The translations under genes and the position numbers were made by a program. A stretch of DNA of 63,602 bases, counting the filler, from Hausera hauseri (Eukaryota): NCBI GenBank assembly GCA_046269625.1. It is 10 parts of 10 records of this genome, joined end to end, with 100 filler letters (N's around TTAATTAATTAA, not from the genome) between each part and the next. Parts side by side here need not be neighbours in the genome. Positions count along the whole stretch, not along the records: positions 47,485 to 54,959 come from JBJURY010012789.1; positions 55,060 to 59,545 come from JBJURY010557896.1; positions 59,646 to 63,602 come from JBJURY010858856.1; 7 more parts are not named here. One strand, given 5' to 3'. This document shows positions 53,685 to 63,602 of the stretch, in pieces (the first letter of the stretch is position 1; the number at the start of each line of letters is the position of its first letter). The notes under the pieces are model-generated. The model saw only the letters and a list, made by a program, of their open reading frames with translations, ran no database searches and was not told the origin of the DNA.

Positions 53685-54399
53685 TAAGACAAATAAAATA
53701 TTATTTGTATTTTATTATCCTTTGTTTCGTTTATTTTTGTTTGGTAATTTTACAGAAGAATTTATAAGATGGAACACTATTTAGTTGTATATTTTAATTA
53801 CTGATTTATTCAGATGTCTCGTTCTTCATCAGGTGTAGAGTATGAATTTTTTAAATATGTTACTTTAAATATTATGATGTGTATACACATTTGTGTTATG
53901 TTTGAAGGTCATTTTAGAAGGTCATTTGAGAAACTGTTCGAATAAAACATCTAAGACCAGATTCAATTATCCAAGACGTTATTGAATTTGGTTATAATCA
54001 TTTAAAAGAAAGTAAATAATAATTACTCACACAGAATTTGAAATTAAGTGATGGTCGAGATGACCAATATATATAAATGGACCGTGATCCACAGTATCCA
54101 GTGATTTTATTATCTTATTTTAATAGTAATTCCAGCAGTTCAATTTTCGTTTCACAGATAAACATTTGTGGGACATTTTGTAATAGAATTTAACATTTTG
54201 GAGAGAATAATATGAAGACTTTTGAAAAAATATTTCAAGCAGATTTCCTATTTTATTGGTCAAAAATAAAAAAATTAAATAGCAATAAATAAAAATTTCT
54301 GAATGTGTGTCTGTTCAAACTAATAATTGCATATTTTCATATACGTCATTGTAATATACGTACCATTAATGAAAGACTAATCATATATGAAAGAATGGT

Positions 54400-54903
54400 G
54401 TTAAATTTGTGGTAAATGGTCATATAACATCGGAAATGTACATTGACCTTCTGGAGAATAGATTCCTGCCTGCATTGAAGCAAAGGAATTTCAGTCATAA
54501 AGCCATCTTCCAGCAAGGTGGAGCACCTGCGTAAACTTTTTTCACTACCACAGAATTTCTCAATAACCACTTCCCAAACAGATGGGTTGGGAAATTCGGG
54601 CCAACGCACTGGCCACTACGCAACCCGGATTTAACCTCCAGCGATAATGCCTTGTGGGGTATTGTCAGACAGCATATCCACACAGGTCACCCACAAACGC
54701 ATGATGTATTGGAGAAATCAATTAAATCTCCATTCCAAAAGGTGAAGCAAGGCATGCTATTGAAAATCCATGAAAGGTCTTGGCACAGAATTACACTTTG
54801 TGTCGCACTTGATGGTAAACAAGTCGACCCCCTTGATAAATAAATTAGTATTATGTACTTTTGCTGGTTTTCCTAATCGCTAGGGACGTTTCAAACATCC
54901 TAT
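54400..54903 (+). mobile_element. Tc1/mariner (rosa/DD41D-like) transposase C-terminal relic
   Basis: FQQGGAPA, FPNRWVG..GPTHWPLRNPDLTSSDNALWG; TIR-like end aaacatcctata. Confidence 0.7.
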
Positions 54904-55767
54904 ACGTACCACTAATAATTGTATAATAACTGTATAATTTTATTAACAATGCCGCATTGNNNNNNNNNNNNNNNNNNNNNNNNNNNNNNNNNNNNNNNNN
55001 NNNTTAATTAATTAANNNNNNNNNNNNNNNNNNNNNNNNNNNNNNNNNNNNNNNNNNNNACAAAAGAAGAAGCTACACGTAAAGCCAAAACAGAACAATG
55101 CGTAGGACAAATCATGGGAGTCCGAGACGCTGAACTATATTTTGAGTATTTGCAAACGGACGAAGATAAAGAACAATACGATATAAATTTAGTACCACTA
55201 GGCGAAGCAGCCACTAAAGGTCCAAAACCAAAACGCCCAGTAGGCAGACCTAGAAAAGTGCGAGAAGAAGTGGATTAAAATGGAGAGTTAATTAGAGAAT
55301 TGAGGCAGATGTCGATTCCAACCCTTAGCACCCAAAATGAGGAATTAAGTGAGTTAATGAAAAATTTAATACGAATTGTGAATTATTCTAGTTTTAGAGG
55401 GGATATGTTGGATGATAAAGAAAAGATAATTTTCGATTCAGCCAAAATGATGAGAAGTTTACGTTTCAAACTATCAAAAAGTAACTTAACCGACGAGACA
55501 GTAATAAAAAAGATCATGGTAGAAAACACGAATGAGGAATTGAGAAAAGCATTGCTATACTTAGCTATCAAAATAAATCCTAATAGAGAAAGTGAAATCA
55601 ATCGAGCTATAAGCTTAGCACGTAGAGCAGCAAAAAGAATGCCCTGCGATGTAAATTTGGCAAGACTATTTGACAAGGAAGAAGACAAACGAAACAACAA
55701 TAAACTCGACGATATGATACGTAGCCTGACTACGTCAGATGTTGGAGGTAGGAAGAATGAATCAAAC

Positions 55768-57250
55768 TGGCTGATTAGCTTGATCACCTTGTTGATGCTA
55801 ATAAAGCATATGGGCGCTGTAACCGTCTATGATTGCGATAAGTTTAAATTAGGACAGAGATATTCCTTAATGGATCTAGAAGTATGCGAGGATGCCAGAC
55901 CGCACAAACTAGAAACAAGAGAGAAAAGTTACTTCCTGTATCAACAAGAATTGGTATCCTAGACGGAATGGAGTGCATGCTGAAACGGTCACGTAGTATT
56001 TTTTACTGTGGGTTGGTCCGTGGACATTCATCTATAATCAAACAAACGACTCCATTGATTCCAATGAACTTAGAGCGACAACACTGCAAACAAGCTAAGG
56101 AAACTGGAAGAATACAGTGGGACAGCATGCAATTAAAAATGCAACCCGGGAAAATAATTAGAGAATATAAAGTTGTAGCCGGAAGACTAGATATGCACAG
56201 CGGACATTGTAATGGAGCAGAATACGATACCGGAAAAGTATTAGAATCAAACGTCGTGGTTGTGGACTTCTATGAATCAGAAATGCGATCACAAAAGGTA
56301 ATGTTCCATAGTGTCACTAAGTTATACACTGAGAATCAAAAATGTCATTTACAAGACGGAACATGTGCTTTTAGAAGTTCGGTTATAATATGGGAACCTC
56401 CCTCTGGAAGAAGCTGTAATTTCATCAAAATTAAGGAGCTAAAGTTTAATGAAACTACCGGAAAACAATACGTGGATAAATCATAAACTAACTCAAGGAC
56501 ACGCGAAGATGTATCATAACACCCTACGCCTACTATATTAATCTCAGATCCGCATGGACTAAAATTTATAAAAAGGGGATGATGATTTGTTGCGATGTAG
56601 TAATGTTCGCCACAAACTATGAAGCATTCTTCGTAGCCGAAACAGAAATAAACGCAAAAACCTACAAATTGGAAACGCAGGATGTTCGGATTGAAGATTA
56701 TCTGCAAGATAAACACGATTACTTCTACTATAAAGGACAAGTTGGAATAACGGAATTATATTATAAAATAATAATGAATGACGGCAAATTAGATACCGAA
56801 ATTATGAGAACTAAAATGGATAATAAATTTTAAGACATCTTGTCGAAAGGTATATACCGGCCGAAGGAAATCGAGGCTTTCAGACAATTCATTGCCTTTC
56901 CACGACAACGAACACATGAGCTAAATCGAACAATGGCATCTGTAGTAGACGACACACGATATCAGGCTAAATGGGAATCATTACTTGGCGTAAACCACTA
57001 TCAGAGTGTGACAACCGAAATACTCTACAAAATCTGGGGAAGATTTTTAATTTTTGGGCAAGCCGCATCAGGATTTTTAGCGATATATTTTTTGATACAA
57101 ATAATTAAGGCAGTTATCCAAGCCGTAATAAACGGATACAAAATATTTCCACTAACCGGATTTTTATGTAAAATTCTGACTGCAATCATAACGCCTTTTG
57201 GAAAATTCCTAAAAGCAGACGAAGAGAGCAGATGGAAATCGAACGTAGAA
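55768..57250 (+). pseudogene. chuvirus-like (class III-type) envelope glycoprotein
   Basis: signal sequence then VYDC..YSLMDLEVC..LYQ, C.....S.FYCG, C..A..TG, GHCNG.EY, C.LQDGTC..IIWE..C, GIY..EI..F..FP, and membrane-proximal/TM block WGRFLIFGQAASGFLAIYFLIQIIKAVI..ING. Confidence 0.75.
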
Positions 57251-57839
57251 CGCCATGTCGGTTACTGTAATCGTAAACGAAGAGGGAGACCGATATTTCT
57301 ACGGAAGCGGAGGTCTACAAATCCGAATGCACGAAGAAATAATTCAGATGATGACAAGCCTAAGGGAGGAGAAGCATTCTCAGGGATGAATAGACACAGG
57401 GTGTACTCTGTAGTTAAAGCGCCATTACCCATGTTACACCCTACCGCTCCATTCTACGAAGATTGTGACAAGCGATTTATGAGCTCATATCAGACAGAAA
57501 TTTATAAAAGGACCATTAATGTAGAAGACCCTTATGAAGGAACGAAACGATACGGAATTTTACGGAAAATGTGTTACCGCCAATCCGCGGATGATCCTAA
57601 GATGATATACTCACCAAGGGAACCTAAACATATGGAAACTAGATCGTCAGTTTGGGACAACCCAAGATTAAAAACCTTCCAACATACAGAAATACATACT
57701 AACAATCGGGAGCCACTAATTAGTACTCATGAAATGGAAGAATTGCACGTAGAAAATAACGAATTATATCCAACCGAAAATTAAGACAGTTGTCGGAAAA
57801 CATAGTATCCACCCCAGAATATCAGTGACTAAACGTTAG

Positions 57840-59545
57840 AAAGTAGCATCGAACTGTTTTGGAACCGTGATCGAAGGAAGACCCTTCGCCAAAATTATTA
57901 TTGAGGAATAGGAAGTTTATGCGTTAATCGATACGGATTCCGAGATATCTTACATCAAAAACGATTCAATACCTCAAACGCTAAGAGGACAATTATATCC
58001 GCCGTATACGAAAGATGCAGGCAGTACGGGTGCTTTTGGCCAAACGTCGAAACCCATGTTTAAATGGAACCCAGAAGTCCAGTCACTTGGACAAATATTT
58101 CGACATGAATTTGCAATCATGGAACAATTAACTGACGATGTCGTTCTAGGATGAGATTTATTGAAAAGGCTACCAAATATAGCAATTGACTTACAAACTG
58201 GAAAGCTAATTGAGATTAGATCAAAAAGGGGCGTAAAAAACGCTAAGGATAGAAAATTTGGAGAAGTATGGATACCAGTAGACGAGAATATCCCACCAAG
58301 AACGGAAATAATAATTTAAGCACAAATTCATAAAGATGACGATCAGCCAGTATACTTTGAACCAAAGGAAACGTTAAATCCAAATCTAACACTTAGTAAC
58401 GTACTTACGAGAGTACACTCCGGTCGTGTACCAATTTGAATAGCGAACAATGCACAAACTCCTATCAAACTCCATGCTTATACTACTCTAGGAGATACGT
58501 ATAGAGTATCGTGGATAAATATCGAAGAGAAACCTTATAAATACGCCGAATTTCCACCTCACGTCGAAACCAAGTTTTCACCCGAGTCTTATTGCCGATT
58601 TTATGAACTATTATGCCGCTATAAATTGATTATTGCTAAGGACGAAGAAGATATTGGTAGAACAAAAGCGTTAAAATTAATTATTCCGCTCAAGAAGAAG
58701 CCGGGTTCAAATGATGAAATAGATCTGGAGGATCAGAAGATGCCAAAATGGTATCCTCCACCACATTCATTAAGACCCGAAATAACGAAAGAAGTTAAAC
58801 GAATGCTTAAGGCAGATATAATTAGACTCAGTTACAGATCCTGGTACTCATCTACCTTTTGGTTAATAAGAAAGGAACTACGAAGCACCGATTTTGTATC
58901 GATTACAGATCTCTAAATAATCTTATGATGAAAGACTCCTTCCCATTGCCCTCAGTAAAAGAGGCTTTAGATAGACCCTCAGGAGCAAAATGGTTTACCA
59001 CTCTGGACTTACAATCCGGATATTGGCAAGTGGAAATAGAGAACGAAGACCGTTATAAGGCAGCATTTAATACTCACGATGCCATTTACGCATTTAACGT
59101 CATGCCGTTCGGTATTACTACCGGACAAGCCATATTTACAAGAATGATGAACAAAATGTTAATGGGACTGGATCATGCCTTTGCAAACTTAGTTGATGTG
59201 ATGATAGCATCGAGAACAGAAGAAGAACACTTAAAGGATATTAAACATACGCTGATGCGTTTGGCACAAGCCGGATTGAAATTAAATCCAAAGAAATGAA
59301 AATGGGCTCAAAATGCAGTATCCTACATTGGCTATATAGTTGGAGAAGGAGGATCGAAACCAGACAACTCGTTGTTGAATAAAATATCGGATTGCATGGA
59401 ACCACAAAATCAGAAAGAGTTGAGACACTGGCTAGGACTTTGTGGATATTACGCAACCTACGTACCAGATAATTCAAAAATTAATGCACCTCTATACCGT
59501 TTACTTAAAAAGGGAATTAAATGGAAATGGACAGACGTTGAGCAA
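57840..59545 (+). mobile_element. Gypsy-type pol pseudogene: aspartic protease, dUTPase-like spacer, RT
   Basis: ALIDTDSEISYI, VVLG*DLL, RFCIDYRSLN, DSFPLP, LDLQSGYWQ, VMPFGI, degenerate YxDD (NLVDV), GLKLNPKK, LGLCGYY. Confidence 0.9.
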
Positions 59546-59645
59546 NNNNNNNNNNNNNNNNNNNNNNNNNNNNNNNNNNNNNNNNNNNNTTAATTAATTA
59601 ANNNNNNNNNNNNNNNNNNNNNNNNNNNNNNNNNNNNNNNNNNNN

Positions 59646-60215
59646 CACAAAAGAATCAGTGATGTTGTTCGATTTTAGCCACTGTTGGTGGAATTGGAGC
59701 CATGGTTTGCTGGAGTTGTTTTCGTTGAGAAAAATTCCAACACAAGGTAAATTTAACGAACCTCGTGACTGTTGGGATTGTGGCAAACGATAGACGTTGC
59801 CTGTATTTGTGGATTTATCATCCGAGAAGGATGAATTTGGATCCAATCCACGTCGGAGACGAAAATGGAGCATGAGATAGATGACTGAACGTTCATGGCA
59901 TACGGAAGACAAGAGGAAGTCTGAAGGATGTATTATAAGCCCTTGATATGTGAAATAGAAATCAGAAGTGTTGTATGATGAGGACAAAACATTATATAAG
60001 AGATGTGCTGTGTGGTTGAGTGGAGCACTTATGGTTGTTACATGCTGATCATTGCTGAAGACAAGGAATGATAGTTTCAGCGAAATGATTCCAGGGGAAT
60101 GGTGAAATGCATGAGGAGTTTGGGTTGTTTCCTTCTGTGCTAACAAGAGGTACGGGCGTGCAGCCGGGGTAGTGGTGGCAAGTGATGATTGGGATAAATG
60201 GATATCCAAAGACAT
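59646..60215 (-). CDS. ubiquitin-like domain fused to a probable Gypsy Gag N-terminus (3' end cut by contig edge)
   Basis: UBL pattern ending FYFTYQG...VIYLMLHFRLRRG, then a linker and LP..F....PWL....WL..NNITD. Confidence 0.55.
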
Positions 60216-60399
60216 TGAGCTTAAAACCCTTTAAAATGAACACTGGTGTTAGCTATGAAAGATTTGTATGAGCGCAGAAAATGGTCGCACTGGTGGGCGC
60301 AAACTAGTGAAAAACATTTCACCCACCTGTGACCGAATGTTGTTTTGCTGAACGCAGTGACAGCATCTTCATTATGACCAAACATTGACGGTGTGCTTG

Positions 60400-60628
60400 T
60401 AACATGGAATGAATGTGCTGAACAGTTTTCGCCGGGACCTAATGCTGTTAAATTGAAATGGGCACCATGTGAACTGATCTGTCTTTGCGGTAAGAGGGTA
60501 TTAGTATCGGCAATATCGGAGGATATTAGTGGATCCAGACCTTTCCTGTTCAAGGCCATAGCTCGTACTGAATAACTAGTTGATTCACTGAGATTGTCCA
60601 GCGTTAGTCGTTCTGCCTTGAACGTCAA
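60400..60628 (-). pseudogene. fibronectin type III domain fragment(s)
   Basis: LTLDNLSESTSYSVRAMALNRKG, then a second partial FNLTALGPGE. Confidence 0.65.
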
Positions 60629-62058
60629 AAACTGGCGTAGGTTTTCTACTCATAACATCTATACTATTTCGTCTCGAATCACGAACAATAATAACCGATT
60701 CTTTTATCATATTCGTTTTCTTTGCATTCTCAAAGATAGCAGCTTCGATCTTTTTTCTATCGCTTTTGTTTAAATGGAAGGAAATGAAACTACTGGATAA
60801 CCAATCACTCAGAAGCCGTATCACATTCACAAAATTATCCTCAAGAGATCGTGTACCATCCAGTGACGAAATGATCACAGTTTGAACTGTGAAAACGAAA
60901 TTGTCTGGTGAACCTTTTCCAATGATGAGAATTAACTCTATCCGATTCCAGATATTGTAGAATTAATTCAATTATCGAATAACAGATATGTCTGGTTACC
61001 TTTAGAACTGCTTTAAGACCCCACAACACAGTCTGATAGATGAAACTAAAGACGAGTTGGTTATTATCGGTACGTAGCCCAATTTCAAAGAGTTTTTTCA
61101 AATCATTCCAATTCCGATGACAAATGGACTCAACGATGAGATCATGGGATATGTCACTATACTCCTTCTTGGACTGAATTCCACCTTTTGTTTGTTCAAG
61201 ATGCTTACATACTCCAGCGATATCATCAGACATCAAAAGAACTGATTTGATTTCTATCAACATAATCCGTTGACTTTTGGCGATCAAAACGCCGCTTGGA
61301 AAATCTCAGTGACCACCTTGAAGATACAATTAATTTCTGGCACGTTCTCAACACTTCGATTGTTTCACCAAGAATTTCATATTTCGTTTTCGTTTTTGGC
61401 AAATATTCCGTGAAAAGACCTTTTACGATCAATTCTACAGATGCGTTGAACGCTTAGCTTTCATAAATTGAGTATCAGTCAATCATCTTGGTTTAAATGT
61501 TATTTCATTGAAAATCTCAAGTGAATGGTAATAGTTTATGGTACAAACTGCACGTGTTGATCGATAATGTAAAACGTTAGATGTGGGGCCAATACTTACA
61601 TTAAATGTTTCAGCTTGAAGTACTTTACAATTTTTTTCAACATCCTTAACATCTTTTCTCGATCTAAAAATCCCTAACATTTTTTCTTAACTTCTACTTT
61701 CAACAGTCTCCACAACAGATAAACAGTATATACCTATCTTTCTCAATAACACCACAGCTGCGAAGTACTTCTAACCAGGCTTCGGGTACATTATGAGTAA
61801 CTCCAAATAAAAATGGACACAGAGCTATCTGTAACATTTTCTGTCGTTGCTCTTCAATGAACTGCCTAGAATTCCTCAGCCAAACAGAAATATAGTCACC
61901 TGAAGAATACAGGAAAAGCATGGATTTACTGATGAAGAGAAGTTCTCTGTGATAAAAATAAATCCGTGTCTCTTTTCCCGGACTGAGTGATGTCCCTACC
62001 TATCCTCCCCCCACACCTATCTTGTTTTTAATTTATTTCAACCATTTAATCAACACAG

Positions 62059-63602
62059 TCATAAATGTAAAACCCAGCAAACAACATCACAAATCAAAAG
62101 TTGCTGCACTGGTCTCTGATGCACCTGGAATTCTTTCAGCAAATTCACATGAAATGTCTGATGTTTTTTCACTCTGTCAGGCATAAACAGTTCATAAGTG
62201 ACCTTACCCACTTGTCGAGTTACTTCATATGGGCCATGCCACTTAGCAAGCAGCTTATTATCTGATGTTGGCAGCAGCAACAGGACCTGTTGGCCTGGTT
62301 TCAGGACCCTCTCTTTAGATTTCTGGTCATACCATCTTTTCTGGTTCTCTTGTGCTGTCTTCATGCTCTCCTGTGCCAGAGCCGTCATCTCCTCCAACCT
62401 CTGTCGCATCTTGACCACATACGCCACAATGTTGTCCTCCGCTGATTCAGGATGTTCCCAGTAGTCTTTCAGGAGGTCCAATGGTCCCCTCACTTGGCGT
62501 CCATAGAGCAGTTCAAATGGGGAAAATCCTGTTAATGCTTGTGGGACCTCTCTGTAGGCAAACAGCAAATAGGGCAACCACTGGTCCCAATCTGCTCCTG
62601 TAGTGGAAACAAACTTGCGTAGCATGTTCTTCAGAGTTTGGTTGTATCTCTCAACAAGCCCGTCCGTTTGAGGATGATAGGGGGTGGTCTTAATTCCCTT
62701 CACTCCTAACAATTTGTAGACTTGTTGTAAAAGCTTAGACATGAAGTTTGTTCCACAATCTGTCAAAACTTCTTTCGGTATCCCAACTCTGGAAAACAGT
62801 TGTATCAGACAGTTAGCAACATTCCTGGCTTTCACACACCTCAGGGGAAAAGCTTCAGGATACCGAGTTGCATAATCACATATAACTAGAATATACTTGT
62901 TGCCCGCTGAGCTTCTCTCCAAGGGACCCACTACATCCATCCCTATTCTCTCAAAAGGAGTACCAATGATTGGTAGGGGCTGAAGATGGGCCAGAGGAAT
63001 CTTCTTTCCTGAAGTGAGTTGACATTTAACACATGACTTACAGAAGTGTGATATATGACTATATATTCCTGGCCACACAAATCTTCTGGCAATTCTACAC
63101 AGCGTTTTCTGAAATCCCATATGTCCAGCCCATGGAACTGTGTGCCCCAGATCCATTACTCTCTCTCTGAACTGTTGTGGTAATGCTAAGGACTCCACAT
63201 CCCCTTTACACTGATACAAAATTCCCCTTTTTACTACATAAGTAGCATCATCAAGAAAACCTGCAGTGCCCCGTCTAGTTCCTTCCACCTCTATGACTTT
63301 ATCAAACCAACATTTTAAAGTTGGATCCTGCCTCTGAAGCTCACCCACATTAGCTGGAAGATTAACATCTAGCAGCTGAAACGGTTTAAAAGTGTTGTCT
63401 GTTTGCCTGGCTGAACCTCTTATTTTGTCCCTCCTTTTCTCAGCCTTGGGTTTATGAGGTTTAACTGGTCCCATTTCCCATACTTCCTCAAAAAATGGTA
63501 ACTCCCTCAAGTTGTTTTGTGCACTTTGAGCCCTCGTGGTGACCATGTTGTGCCCTGCAGATGCTACTCTACATGGGAACTCTATGGTTTGGGCTAAGAG
63601 AG
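62059..63602 (-). mobile_element. Gmr1-like Gypsy integrase ORF, intact
   Basis: HTVPWAGH..CKSCVKC, IGMDVVGP, LTDCGTNF, YHPQTDGLVE, WHGPY, FHVNLLK; preceded by VTTRAQ with no RNase H (ADxLSR) motif in the visible upstream sequence. Confidence 0.88.

Overview
This window is not one locus. It is 10 unrelated eukaryotic contigs joined by artificial 100-nt linkers (N44-TTAATTAATTAA-N44). (1) 1-12523: near-complete spider (araneomorph-type) mitochondrial genome, nad2 to partial rrnL, with a GC-rich hairpin spacer and signs that AGG encodes Lys. (2) 12624-20398: internal part of a UBR4/p600 gene with mostly 38-46 nt introns, plus a piggyBac-type MITE. (3,4) 20499-25821 and 25922-33399: two diverged, syntenic, decayed copies of a Polinton-type protein-primed PolB element (terminal-protein region, OTU-like protease, HNH/EndoVII insert) with ORFans, RING, DEDD exonuclease and dUTPase. 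(5) Penelope-like RT fragment interrupted by a Sola2-like transposon with about 1.1 kb inverted repeats. (6) Decayed Ty3/Gypsy element. (7) DD37E Tc1/mariner joined to an Academ-like transposon. (8) AT-rich contig with a TAF10-like gene, a 5'-incomplete PRPS, mariner relics and a MITE. (9) Gypsy-like element in which a chuvirus-like fusion glycoprotein sits directly upstream of protease-RT. (10) Ubiquitin-like domain fused to a probable Gag N-terminus, an FN3-containing relic and an intact Gmr1-like integrase. The best novelty candidates are the env-before-pol retroelement, the UBL-Gag fusion and the pPolB element pair with a shared DTN catalytic variant. All family assignments come from motif recognition by eye, not database searches. 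tRNA and pseudogene boundaries are approximate.
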